From positions 1 to 64,000 of the forward strand of contig CBFFRP010000378.1 in NCBI GenBank assembly GCA_965644295.1: a stretch of DNA of 64,000 nucleotides, in the 5' to 3' direction. Below are positions 12,200 to 25,674 of the stretch, piece after piece. The stretch's first letter is position 1; each line of letters opens with the position of its first letter. The stretch comes from Paraphysomonas bandaiensis (Eukaryota > Protista > Chrysophyceae). The translations under genes and the position numbers were made by a program. Below the pieces are notes generated by a model. That model did not search any database and was not told where the DNA came from. It saw nothing but the letters and a program-made list of their open reading frames with translations.

Positions 12200-13017
12200 T
12201 TCTCAGTCAATATCCACGTTAAAGCTGCGAAGGCTAACGCTTCTGAGCATATTTCTTTAGTTTGTTACACCTGCACTTGTCACGACAATTGCCCAAGATA
12301 TAGATCCTGAGCACCTCGTTTTCAACAGAGGGGGCTCTGTGCTGTTATCTGTGAGTAAGATATAGCAAGATGCGTGCTATTTGGATTCGTATTTATGGCG
12401 AACAATTCGTGTTTACTGGTGTCCAGAAGAAGGTCCGTCCACTGTGTTCAGGACTGGAGTAATACCGAAAAGAGTTCAGAAGAAATTATCCTACGATTTC
12501 GTCGTTTGGCATACGATTTGCCGAAACATTCACTGCCAACTTTACGTATGACAAGCTCTACTCTGAAGATGTCTCCTTGAAGTTTAAGAGTATTCTTAAT
12601 CCAAAGCAATTTCCTGCGTTGACACGACTGGTGCAGCACGGAGTAGATATGTGGGGAAAGTGGAATGGATATAGAACAAAATAAAGAAGCAAATAGTTGT
12701 GCACGCTCATAGGAAAGATGGGAAGCAACACACAGTATTAAGTAATGCGTACACGAGGCGGACAACCAAGGCCTCGACATCATATATGTATTCCTGTGTG
12801 TGGTGACTATTGCAAGCTGTTTTATGCCTGTGACAGATACAACAAGCAAATCAAACACAGGGTATGGCCACACAGGGATGGTGGCAATGGGCGTTTGGGT
12901 GAGGCGGGCAAGCATAATTCGTTTATGTTTGGTTGTATAATAAAAAACACTGTCAACGCATATCGTCATATAATTAATGTCGATTCCGAAGATTTTGAGC
13001 ACTTTGGCTACTGTTAA
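12200..13017 (+). pseudogene. Possible piggyBac-like transposase remnant
   Basis: Broken frames containing IFL*FVTPALVTTI, YDKLYSED and YCKLFYACDRYNK..WP..FGCIIKNTVNAY, which resemble piggyBac motifs. No TTAA-bounded termini were found. Confidence 0.35.
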
Positions 13018-14513
13018 ACTCTACAAACGATTTGTATGTGTATGCAAGCACACTCTCTAATAGTACTATTTAGTAGAGTATTACAATAAATTTAATTTAT
13101 TTGGACGTAAATATATTACTTCTTATAAAGTGTGGTTACTGACTGTGGTTAATGAGTGTGGCTAAGACCAAATATTTATTGTAATTGTATTGTTGAGCCG
13201 TTGAGAGTTGAGCCTGTTTAAAATCTCCATCAATAGTATTGATAGAATGCTCTCTAACAATAGTATTGCAATATATTGTTTCCTAGCCCTGCTCTACTGT
13301 ATATGCTTAACTTTGCACATACTATATGTGCAACATAGGTTGAATATTATTATTACCATATTTCACATTATGCTGTATGATATATTATGACTATATGACA
13401 ACTCATGCTTATCATTGATACATATATATCCATTCAAAAGACAAAGAAAGACAGGATTATCAATAACGAAGCATAACAATGAAGATAATGATTGACGATG
13501 TTATTAAATTAAGCTTGTAGTAGCACAGTATTGACTGAATTATGTTAATAGAGATATAGTGAAATTATGATGTTGTAGCACTGTGATTGAGGAACCACGT
13601 CAATCACAAACATCAACATTCTGTTCTACAAATTGTATCTTTAACAGCTACTATATTTTCAGTTTCTTTGAATTACTTGTAATAGCTACTCCTACAGTGT
13701 AGTTAGGTATATTCTGTATTTCATTGCTACATGCTACATAAAATACAGGATAGCTACTAGCGATAATAGGCTTTACCAAATAGGCGAAGGAGTTGGTTGT
13801 AGTTCAATAGATGTATATATTATTATTATTATTATATATATTTGATGCTTAAGGCTGGAGAAGTTTACTGGATAATTCCGAGTTTATCCAGTAATACAGT
13901 ATTTCTTTCAGTGCTTATTGTTTATTGACCGTACTTAGAAGTACATTAGATAGAATAACAACTTCCTTGTTATTGAGAAGGACCATATTCAAAGGATGGT
14001 GAAAAGTTAAACCGGTTGTTTACTTTGGGTTGTTGGGGTATTATTAGCAATAGGCGTTTAGTTGGAACTAATTTAGTATCACTAATTTAGTGATTAACTC
14101 TGATTGAACGCTACGAAAGCTGCCTGCTTGTGAGTCACTGCAAGCACTTTCGCTCTATCACTCAAAGCAAACGCAGTAATCAAGCAGACATCTGCTGACT
14201 TCAGGTGAGTACCTTATTAGGAGCTGATTGGTCTAGTTCCAATGGATGAGGGCATGGGAACCATCTAAGTATTCCGCTATGAAGTGTAACAAGATACTTT
14301 CTAACTGCACTACTCTGTCCATTCATCCAAAGACGGATTTTATCGCTGGTGTTGCTGTGTTGCGTAACAAGCCACAGTGAGCGGTGACAATCACCTTTAT
14401 TAATGAAAAACTCACTATTCTCTTAAATCAGTATACCATTAAGAGATATACCAACTAACTTATGCACAGTATTCTAGAAACAGAAACCCAGTAATACAAC
14501 TAAAAAAATACAG

Positions 14514-16026
14514 CTAATGATATTGCGGCCTACCAGGACTAAAACTCGTAATGAGTTCCGGATCTGGGTCCGGATCTTTTCCAAAGACCTCCATCCCGGC
14601 TAGTAAAACAAAAATTGATACGAAATCTGCTACTCCAACAGACGAGCTCTCAATCTGGGCGGAAAACGTACTTGCATACACCCATGCGGCGAGGAAGGAG
14701 AGCAAAACCGCAGCCACCATAGACCTTCCAAGTACGCTGTTTTTTATCGTGAGAACCTTGTCTATATATTGCAATACAAGAACCGTTGAAAGAACATAGA
14801 CAAGAATGAGCCAGAACACCACTCGACAGGAAGTGTGCGATGTGTCATACGAGGAAGTCTCGTCATCGGGATCTTGCCCCAACCAGCAATATAGACCGTC
14901 CCAAAAGTTCTCACCAAACGATGTAATCGGGAATCCCATCCACCCACTCGAAAGACCTTTGTGCAAAGATTAGCAACTTCTTTTCAACAACTGAAGTATT
15001 AATATGTACCTTGTACGACATATAATATAGGGAATCCCAGTAATGCGAAGAGAAGTTGATAGAAAAAAAGCCAGCAACTCATGACATGGACATCCGCCGG
15101 CTGGGCAAAGTCAATGATACATTTCTCTTTGTACATAGCCCCAAGTCCTTGCATCGTTGCAGAGATAACATACACTATACTGGATACTGCACAGGAGTGT
15201 GTCGTGGATGGGTTTGCTGAAGGGTGCCGCGGGAGGAGACCAAATACATCAAGTAGAGGGCGAGAGAGAGCAATACAAAGAGCTGTGCCAATTAGTGCCA
15301 CGCCAATTTTCTGTTTTGTGCTGTACTGTCTCTCGGGGAAAAAGTACCGTGACCCGAGAACCATCATGGGAGTATTTGCATGCATCAGTATGACGGTCAT
15401 TGTGGGTGTAACTCCAGTGGCAGATATCACCAGTCCAGCAAAACTGATGGTATCGAATAAACCCATATACGCAAGCTTCTTGTGTGGGAGCACATTAGTA
15501 ATCACCCGATCTTTCTGAACATTCATAACCAGTGGTTCGATTATATGTATCATTAAGACTTACATTAAAGACTCTCTTTCCTATGACGACACATGCATGA
15601 AGAATAATAGATGTGAACAGAATCAACAGCAGCAGTACACCTCTAAGGACACTATCATTGATCAAAACAACTATACCATATAACAGTACACCTGAATGGT
15701 ACCATACTGTCCACAGACACTTTAAATATAACTCTCTCAGCAGTACACGAGAGCAGTAGTGTGGTAACACACACAGTTATTTCCCATTGCTACATACACG
15801 ATCAGTAATATACAGTCTGTGTATCACTGTATGTATCTCTGACCTCTCTCGTCCATAAATCAGGTCGAATACATGACTGGATATCATGCTGAAACTTGGA
15901 GTATGTGTATGTGGATTCACGGCTGGCGGATAATTCTTGTTCATCTTGAACGAGTTTTGTTAGTTCAGTTAATTCAACGTGACGCATGAGTGAATTATTG
16001 ATGTAATGCACTGCTGTATATTCCAA
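14514..16026 (-). CDS. CRT-like (chloroquine resistance transporter family/CLT, DMT superfamily) membrane transporter, multi-exon; start approximate
   Basis: ERVIFKVSVD, KLAYMGLFDTISFAGLVISATGV..ILMHANTP..SRYFF..YS..Q.IG, MYKEK, FYQL, CWLG; many transmembrane segments. Confidence 0.75.
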
Positions 16027-16119
16027 CTCTGACTGATGATTCCTCTAACTAACTATACGATACCATGATAGCACAACACACACACACAAATCCCAGAGAA
16101 CACCACACTGTGCTCTGAG

Positions 16120-16295
16120 TGTGTATATGTATGTATGTACATATGTATGTATGTATGTATGTAGGTAGGTAGGTAGGTAGGCAGGTAGGTACAGCTGTAT
16201 GTATGTCTGTATATAGGTAGGTAGGTACGGTATAAAGGTACATAGTCTACATACAGCAGTACATGTATGTACAGCAGTATATATATATATGGATA
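16120..16295. repeat. (TATG)n/(TAGG)n microsatellite in a divergent promoter region
   Basis: gtatgtatgtatgtatgtaggtaggtaggtaggtagg run. Confidence 0.85.
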
Positions 16296-16390
16296 CAGCA
16301 CAGCAGAGTGTCAGTGGTACGATGAGCTTATCTCCAGCTAGTTCTATCATGCACTCCTCGTTATGAACTCTAAACTACAATAACAACCCC

Positions 16391-19270
16391 ATGATCTCTC
16401 CCCTCCATCTCCTCTACCTCTTCTTCTCTATCTCAGTCAGTGGTCATGTCTTATCGAGCCCCTATGCCTTCACTACTACAGTGGTATCTATCCCCCTATC
16501 AGCCCCTCTGTAGCCCCTTATAACTCTTATTATACACAGGTATTCATAGATATAAATCAAACTATCCCTTTCACCATACGACACGATCAGTTACCTCATT
16601 GGCAGGCTTTAACCACACAGTTCTCAGATCTCTATGGAGTGAACGAGTCCTTAATTAGAGAGTCAGTCATATCAGAGTTGAGTAAATATAAATATCCTCA
16701 TGATATTATTAATGGCCAAAGCGATGATTACTTTCAAAGGAAATTACCTGCATATGTTGCTGTTCAATCTTTGTTTCAATCGTCTTTTAATGACACTTTG
16801 TCCTCTAAGTTTGTCGAGCAAATGTTACACGATTCATCAGTTTCTCGACCTATTTTTACTGGTGATAGTGAGGGGTTTGTTCCGACCAATCCACATATTG
16901 ATGCTCAAATGTTGTTGTCATCCAGATATCAGGATCAAGGAAAACATATTACCCTCAAACCTTCTTCCGTCCCTGCTTTTATCCGAGCTCGACAGAGAAT
17001 TTTAATATACCAGTCGAAAGGCACTTACACGGGTGGTACAATTGCTCTTGAACTTCTCAAAGAACAGTTTGTAAGGCTGGGATACGACTGTGTATTGTGT
17101 GACTCGACTAACCTGGAGGATACGAGATGTACTTCTCCTTCAGGTATCTGTCTATATGAAATTAACAGAGGTGCTGTATAAGAGTTCTTTACAATAAACC
17201 TAGGCTCCGAAATCGTAATTACCGGGGAGTGGTGCAGTGGCGTGCTTGCATCTCACGGTACAGGCCCCGAGGGATTCTTAGGAAGAGGGCTTCAATACCA
17301 TCTTGGCTTCCATCACTACGATGATCAATGCAGGTAAACGTATTGTATCCGTATATGTACACACCATATTTAGGCCGACGCTATATAACTTTCTGGTAAT
17401 ATCAGAGGGCATGTGACTGTTACTGACAGTCAGTACCTACGAAGTACGCTCGCTGCGCGTACCCTAGGGGGGTATTATTTGGGCTGTGAGATGGTTCCAG
17501 CGGTTAGAGATATGTTTGTTGACATGATATCTCTTCCAAGCAACCCTTCCGTCGAAGAAGATGTTGCTACTAAATCATTGGCAGCCGTTGTGAAGGTATT
17601 GCTTGCTGTTACCATCCGTATGAGATAACAAAGTATTTTTCCCTGTGTAGGAGGACCTTATAGTGCTGGACACTGACCTTTCTTCTGACTATACTCCCGA
17701 GAACATGTTTCATTTTTCTGTCCCTGAAGGCTACGTTGTCATAGAGGCCAAAGGTATACCTCCTGGGAAAATGCCTCTCATTCTCTCGCGCGCCAAGGTT
17801 CATTTTATGCGGAAGTTGTTTCATATAGTGTTCTTATATAGATGTAGATTGTAGTGGACCTGGCCATGCCGGGACCAGAGAGACTCGCAGGAGAAGGGGT
17901 TCTCTTAGGAGCTATCCCAATAGTGTCGAATAGGTTGAAGCATGTCAAGCACTGCTTCATCAAATCTAATTGTTGTTATCAGATGGAACGGGGCTAGTGA
18001 GGTTGACTTCCCTGGTATTAGAAAGGTGTGCAACTGTAGTAATGTTAGCACTGAATTGATATTGTGGCAATAGGTGGACCATTTAAATGGAACAGAGATT
18101 ACCGAGGCCATCTATGATGTTGCCACAAACTATCATAATGAAATACGTAGTTCCAGGAACTCAATTTTTCAATCCTACATATCGGTATATTGCTGCGACT
18201 AATATTTAACTTTCTTGAATATATTAACTGCAGTCGATGTGGAGGAGAATACGAAACACAGCCGACATATTCGCAGGTGATTTATACTGTTTGTGTCAGT
18301 ACTACTTATGGTAACAATGTTTTTCTAGCTTCATCGGTGCTCCATTTCGTACTTGTCTGCTCTACCTTGGTGGTATTGTTACCTTGCCCATATTTATGTT
18401 TGAATTACTTTCTTTCGTATTTCGCAGGACGAGGAACTATGTACGCTTCAAGTACTGGCTTTGTTGTATACTCTCCCACTTGCAAGGTCGAATCTTTCAT
18501 CTCGAATACCTTTGTAACATTATGTCTGCAGCATTGATATATATGTCAGGGACGTCGGTTGGTTTTTCAGGCATCACTACATGTTTGTTTCTCTATTGAA
18601 AGTAAGTTTGTGTGAGTTTGTATTTCGTTTTTACCTAAAGTCATTTTAGACTGGGGGATATCTCAGATTTGATATGTTGGATCCTACTGACACTATGCAG
18701 CAATCGAGCCACTCTTATGTGCGTATACGCCCTGTTCGGACTCTCCACGGAATCCTAAATGCTGTGATGAAAACGGAAGAACAAGTAATGGTACGCAACA
18801 CTGGATTGCTTCCTTCTTGGAACGAAGGGGTTTTGTGTATTCTCGCTGCACACACTTTCCCACGGGATGCTTTCGTGCTAATAGATGCTCTGGGTGATTT
18901 AAAAAGTGCTGAGGATCCTGTCGGAGATTCAAATGTTGATATTTGCGACGTTGGTGTCCTGACATCGGAAGGAGAACTCGTTTCTCGACTCATTTCTCCT
19001 GATGGAAGTGCACATCTCGTTCCAAAAGCATTGTATGATATTGGTATCATCAATTCGTATGGTGAGAGCAGTCATTCAAAAATCGAGAATACTGTCTATA
19101 AAGTTCGAGAAGTGGGAAATACTAGCTTCAGTACAGTATGTGATGTTATTAACATGCACAACGGCACTGAAACAACTAATTTTATTTATAGTATTGTGTC
19201 GTCGACACCTTGGAATATGATCTATAGATACCTTCGTGAAACTAGCAGTATGTTGTGCACGTGTTTTTAG
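16391..19270 (+). CDS. Secretory-pathway protein with a GT-B glycosyltransferase-like domain, multi-exon; 3' end uncertain
   Basis: Hydrophobic N-terminus MISPLHLLYLFFSISVSG. Motifs GGTIALELL and RAK|IVVDLAMPGPERLAGEGVLLGAIPI resemble the GT-B nucleotide-sugar-binding signature. Many short GT-AG introns. Confidence 0.5.
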
Positions 19271-19821
19271 TGTAGTGTGCTACAGTAAAGCTTGAGATGC
19301 GTTTGTCTCTTTATACTAGCACTTCAATTTGCAAGTATTTTTTTCGCATTAGCAAGTTGAAAAGTTTGATGTATGTAATTGCATGGGATATTTTAAGTTA
19401 CTATCTATTATGTTGATGAAATTTGGCTAGAATGTCGTGTAAAACATTATGTGGAATACGCGATGTCGTACACAACCCCTAAAGTTTCCATCAAATACAT
19501 AAGGCAGGAAAAAATCAGTGTAATGATGTATTATCTAAATGATAAGAAACTAGAAGCTTATAAGAGAAGCGAAAATCGATGCGCCTACCACCTGGGATAG
19601 AAGGTCAAAAATTTGAATATATATTTTACATGAGAAGGTTATTATAGAAGTATATTGCACTTTACTTTTTCTAATTTTTCTTGTATACTGTAGCGATTGC
19701 GCAGGTCAGAACCTCTCGTAACCGTTAATCGTAATGGCTTTCTTGGCCATTAATGGTAACGCCATTATAATTGTCGGGGACTGGACTACCATACTGGCAA
19801 TTATTATTACTAAACTACATA

Positions 19822-20686
19822 TATATTAAACGTCTTTTTATTTAGAAACCTGTACCAATATAGTGGTTAGTGGAATGCTAGTCATGCTAGTTAGACCTCT
19901 ACCCATAACTAATCCGTACAAATTCCATTATCCTACTATTTAACGCTACAAAAGCTGCTTGTACGTCGCCGCAAGCACCAAGGTGCAACCACTTCCGTTC
20001 TAAATTTTGTTTGTGAGTTTCGCCCTGCTCGTGCGTCTTTGACTCACTGGTACTTGTTGTCTGGGGGTCTTCCCTTTGGATACGGCTCCACCAGGCTCTG
20101 TGGTACAGGGTTTTGCATTAAGGTCCGAAGTGTACCGAATACTAGATGTGTGTTCTGTGAGGTGAGTGGAGTGGTGGAAGGTGTCGGTATTTCCTTGCAT
20201 CGCTTGGGCATCAGGTGTAGTTGCCGGAGACGGCGTCTTTGTCGAGGACCAGATGTTTTCATGCAGTCCGGTGCTTTTTTCTTGCGTGCATGAGAGGTGG
20301 TGCACGTGGTTGCAGCGAATGGTAGTCCAGTCTCTGGTCGTCTTTGGACCCCTAGTAATCGTAGCACCCTTGGGCGTTTCCATTTCCGTTTGTGTTTCGG
20401 GCGCGGTCGCGAGAGTAACCTAGGGGGTCCTTTGTGTGAGTTAATGTATCGTCAACTTCTGTCCTGGATCATTAATTTAGCGGCGTCGAAAAGCGGTTGA
20501 AGCAAGCTGATGACCGCTGTTTCAAGATTGCGCAGGCCTTGGGGTGTCAAGGGCTCATGGATGTGATCTCCAAAAACCGTCTCTAGTTGTGCAGTGGTGA
20601 TGGTACCTGTCCAGAATCTTTCCACCTGTGGCACGGAAGGGTTCCAGGCCCGGCTGGAGAGTCTCTGTAGCACAGTGGTGGTCCAA
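19822..20686 (-). mobile_element. 5'-truncated non-LTR retroposon copy with 14-bp TSD
   Basis: tactaaactacata at 19808-19821 and 20687-20700 flanks a GC-richer insert. The insert carries a coding remnant (RFWTGTIT..LQPLFDAAKLM) and, at its 3' end, a motif repeated elsewhere in the window. Confidence 0.6.
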
Positions 20687-20859
20687 TACTAAACTACATA
20701 CATTTTTACTAAACTAAACTAAAATACTCGAGTAGCTATACATTTTCTGGTCTCTCAACGACGTCGAACTCGCACCTTTTCGTGAGGATAAGGAGTACCG
20801 GAGATATCTCTCCGGAAAACTAAAACGTGAGCTGCATATAATTAATATAGTCAGCAGAC

Positions 20860-21915
20860 ATTGTTCTGTCCACACATATAGCCAAAGCCAAATGCTTGTG
20901 TGGTACAAGAGACACATATTAGTGTCACTTGTGTAGACGTCTTTGGGTCTTGACGATTGACGAATAAACAGGCATCCGGGAGTGGGCCCACCGCAAGGGC
21001 ATCCGGGGTATTGGGTTGCCTCTACTGAAGTCAAGCACCCGTGCTGTTCACCTTAAGGACAGAGAGCGAAAGTGGTTGCACCTGGTGATTGCGGTGACGC
21101 AGCTTTCGTAACGCCAAATAGTAGGATAATATCAAAGTTAAGCACTAGAGTTAGATAAATTATTTTGCTACACGCCTATTGCGAATAATCAGACATTCAC
21201 TATTCGACATCGTAGAATCATGCCGTCGCGGAAGTAGCTGCTCCCTCTCACGTCTCATTGAGCCCCCACTTTTCACATTTGTGTACATCCCGCACACATA
21301 ACAATAATGCCTCACCCCCACATTACCGAACCTATGCGTCGACGTCTCCATCATTTTTATTTCTGCACCCCAAGTCCAAATTTCATTTCCTCATGATGAC
21401 CAAGAACTATCTCACCAAACCAATTCTCTCACGTCTGGTACACTGAACTCCCTAACACATGATACTGTACATCGCACACGCTCCCAATTCTGTGGACCTG
21501 TGGACCCCAAAGGGCGCCTCCCTGACTAAACGAGCATTGACTCCGTAGGATTCACACGAATCAAAAGGGTGGAAGTAGTCACACCTTGGTGCTCGCGGTG
21601 ACGCGCAAGCGACTCCCGTAGCATTAAATAATAGGATATTAGAGTAATACCAGTTAGTTTATGGTAGATACGTATCTAGCTTTGACTAGTCTACTCATCT
21701 ACTAGTTATAATGTTGGAACTAACGTGAACCGCATATAGTGATATTGTTCTGCCCACTCATAGCCACATGCTTGTGTGGTACAAGAAGAGACACTAATAT
21801 AAGTGCACTTGTGTAGACGTCTTTGGGTCTTGACGATTGACGAATAAACAGGCATCCGGGATATTAGGCTGCCTACTGACGTCAAGTATCCGGGATGAGT
21901 CCACCTTAAGGACTC
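20860..21915. repeat. Cluster of dispersed-repeat copies
   Basis: A 56-bp identical block at 20926-20981 and 21806-21861 sits within longer similar segments. Two copies of the gtggttgcaccttggtgc..gcggtgacg motif lie at ~21068-21130 and ~21570-21640. Confidence 0.75.
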
Positions 21916-22103
21916 AAAAATCCTGAAGTCAGCAGATGTCAGGTATATCAACATTCTAGTTGCTCACTGCATTATTAGACCAAATATATATTACTAGTAC
22001 AAATGAGGAAAAATCAGCACAAACTCTGAACTTTTCATTATTATTATCATTCACACACAAATACATAACAAAGATTAAAGAGACAATACATTGCATACAA
22101 CAT

Positions 22104-25100
22104 TTAACGCATCAAGGCACTTGATGTTAACACCTTCTTCATAAACTCAGTTGGGTTTCTTGTGTCCTCCAAGTCTTTCTCTTGCTTCTTTGTCAATCTT
22201 ACTGTGATAACATTGCCATCTGTAATGTGAAGGCAGTCCAGTTTGATTCCTTTTTCTTCTTGTATCATTTGTACAAGATACGACCGGCGGTTTATAACCA
22301 TACCTGCCTTATGCAGTGTTTCGAGTTTTTTCCCGTATATTACCTGATCCACACTGCCTGTACTTCGGGTGGCATCCTCAAACGCCTCCACAACAGATGT
22401 ATATACTTGTTCCGTTTCAGAGACAAACTTATGCGATATGGTTTCTTTAGTTTCGAAGTTGTATAGTTGCAGCTCGCCCATTGGCTTGGGACACTTATTA
22501 CCACCATCTACACTATCAGGATCATTTGATATTACAGATATACCATCTTCAGTAGTATTTAGCTGCCTCGAGATATCACCATAACCTGTAGCACTCGAAC
22601 TTTCTTCTTTCTGCTGGTCAATATTTTTTTGTTTGGATAAAACACTTTCACTCATTGTATTCACAGAAGATGGGCTCAGTTGACTGTTTATAGATGAATC
22701 CAATGTGGACATATTCGCCATCGATTCTCGGTAGGATTTCCTGGCTTTCGCGAGAACAAATCCAGTTCCCACTGCTATAGTGCCGCAAACCTCACCTTCA
22801 ACAGCTGCTCTGCGGGCTCTGGCAAGAGCGCGCTGTACTTTGACAACCTTCGCCTCTACGGTGTACAACGCTGCTCCAATAGATCCCACAGTTGCTTCTT
22901 CGCACATATCACAGAAAGCATCAAACGGAATCATTACAGGCTCCAAATTTTCCAAAATTTTTGTCAAAGTTGAGTTAATACTATCAGTTGCTACCGCTAC
23001 AGCAAGCTGAGAGCTAACACATTGTTTCACAGCCACTGATGCAACACAGTCTTCACTCCACGTGGAAATTGAATCGATAGCAATCTGCGTAGCGAGGGCA
23101 TTCCGTACTCTAATCTGACGCTCCTGCTCCGCAACTACATTGCTGACAATGATATTCTGAGCTACAGTTAAAACTTTCGCTGTGCAAAGAGTTGCAACTT
23201 CACGCCGCGCTCTTGCTATATCTGCTTCAACAATAGATTCCGTTGCATTATTGTAACCTTCCCAAAGACACTTTCCAACTAAATCCCAGGCGCAATCCTT
23301 CGTCAGGACTACAGAGCTGACTCCGTTTTCTAGCTGCTGGCGAACAAATCCACGAACCGCTATTTTCCTGGGGCGTACGTCCTCCGCCGCCACCATAATA
23401 AACCAAAGCATTTCAAGCGAATTCGAGATAACCGAATTAGCGCACTGACTTGCTTCCACATGGACATCATTTACCACAAGTTCACCGTCTACAGCAGGAT
23501 TATGCCACTCCCACTGTCCACTGTCCGCTCCGGTTTGATTAGCAGATGCATTGTCTCTTTCAAGTGAAGCCGTACCCAGATCCTCAAAAGTAAGAGCAGA
23601 GTCCAAGCTGTCAAATCCAAACACAGAATGCTGACTTTCAGGGGAATCTAGCCCCGTGCCATCGAAAGAACCCGCGGCATGTTCTCCCTTCCCAACATCT
23701 CTGTCCTCATCAGAGTGGTCATCTGTAGTCGCCTCCTCAATACTATCTGTGAACTTCTTAGAAGAGGACTGAGGAACATCAAAACTGGATACTGTAGATG
23801 AATCATCTAATGCCTTTTTGGTTCTGCGTTTCTCTGCCTCAGCAACAGCGGACTCCGTGCTCAGCAGTGCGGACATTATTCCCTAAATTCAGTCAATTAA
23901 TGACAGATTTAAGTCATATAACACGCCACCTCTTTCTTGGCCTTCTTGAGCAACCTGTTCTTCACGACTGTCTTTGTAGTAGCGTCGTTTATCTCATTCT
24001 CAAGCACTCGAATTAGACCTCTCCGCCTACTAATTTCCTGGTCGAGGAAGTACTTCTGCCGCTGTAAGTCCTTTAATTGCATGGCCTTATTCAGTATTTC
24101 ACCCTCCGCAATACTTATCTGATCGAGCAAAAGTGATGTCAAATAACCATGCAACAATAGCTTACAAAACACACCTCAATGTTAAGTTTTTGAACCAGCG
24201 CTGTTTTATCCAGAAAAACGGCTTCTGCTCTTTTCTTCTCCAGCGCCGCCAACTTCTTCGTCAGCTCTGTATGATCGTGCACTACTGCTGCACATTGATC
24301 TTCAACATGTGCTTGCATTGCACGTACTTCGTCTACTTCATTGCGAAGAGTTTTCACCCGCCCTTTTTTCACCCTGACTTGCCGTTATTATAGCATACAA
24401 TACAAGAAATGACCTTACTTGAGTTCGTTTCGAACCTTAACTGGCTTTATAGATCCATCCTTGCGCCTTTTTTTGTCAGGGAGCTTCTCCCTTGAGTGAC
24501 TCCCTTCAAGATAGCTACTAGCAGGTACTTGACTCACTGTTGCTGCGCCTCGGCCATTCATAACAGAGTCCTTCCTTCCGCCTGCAGGCATGGTGGACGA
24601 CATGTGCCGCTCGTCCCCCTCCATAAGGCTAATGCTATTTTCCACAATTGAGTCCGTGGCCATGTTGCGCTCACCCACTTGTAACGGAAAGTGGTCCACA
24701 CTGCTTCCTCTATGTTGAGACTGAGTCGCCGATACAGTTCCATCCGCAGAATCGGCCCTTTCCTCGTATGTGGCCACCTCCTTGAGTATAATGGACTCAG
24801 CAGCATGGAGCCGCCTCTCTGGGATGCCGTCCACAAGTTTGTCACTGAATGAACTTGCTATCGACTTAACGCCACCTTCCGGCGGTTCCTCCAGTGGCAC
24901 ACCATCATACATGAGCGGGTTGCCGGAGAAGTAAAACCCAAAGTAGTCACCGAGATCATCATATTCATCCAGAAAAGCTGTGTCATTCATAAGCTTCAGA
25001 AGATAATTTTTACCCCTGTAATAAAACTGCCTTGGCGCCTTCATATCCATCTTCCAAGCGTATATTTCCTCAACCACATCTAATGTCTGAAACCTGATTG

Positions 25101-25674
25101 CCTTAACGAGTTCCGCAGCCTCGGATAGTACGCTATCGATGTCAACTTGATATTTCAACAGTTTCTCTAGTTCAGTAACCAAATTCTCCCTCACGATTAT
25201 CTTCTGAAGAATTTCAACTTCAGTCAGGGACTCTTCGCGGACAGCAGCTGCCGCAGCCTTTTCTCTTAAAGTTGGGGCTTCCTTAACTGGTATATCGTCA
25301 AACTTCTTCTTAATCGTATTCTCAATCCAGTCCGATGCACCCCGTCCTTTCCTTGCTCGGTCGATAGCATTCTCTTTTTTTGTCTTGTTAAAATGACGAA
25401 CCTATAATTCGCTATTATTACAGGCATATAACTTCATTTCAAAACTTACAACAGCACGAGGACAGTTGGGGTCAGTTTCAGAGTCGTATGGAGGGATTTC
25501 TCTAACAACTGAAGAGTCCCATCCGAGCTCTCGTTCCTGTAATATAACACTCATATATAACAACATCAAATCAACAACACACAGAGACTTTACCTTAATT
25601 GCCACTGCCTTCTTGCTCTGTATAGATTTCGACGTAATGCTGTTGTTGTTTTTATTACTTCTTTGTCGTTTCAT
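22104..25674 (-). CDS. Large uncharacterised coiled-coil protein, multi-exon
   Basis: Consecutive minus-strand ORFs separated by ~50-nt GT-AG introns. Conserved-looking motif IRFQTLDVVEEIYAW..FYYRGKNYLLKLMND plus coiled-coil segments. Confidence 0.7.

Noticed and set aside
16045-16350. Short ORFs over TATG/TAGG repeats, and similar ORFs in other spacers
   Set aside because: Translations of microsatellite-like promoter DNA.
20970-21060. HDV-like or hammerhead ribozyme in the repeat
   Set aside because: I could not assemble the nested pseudoknot or a CUGANGA/GAAA core by eye.
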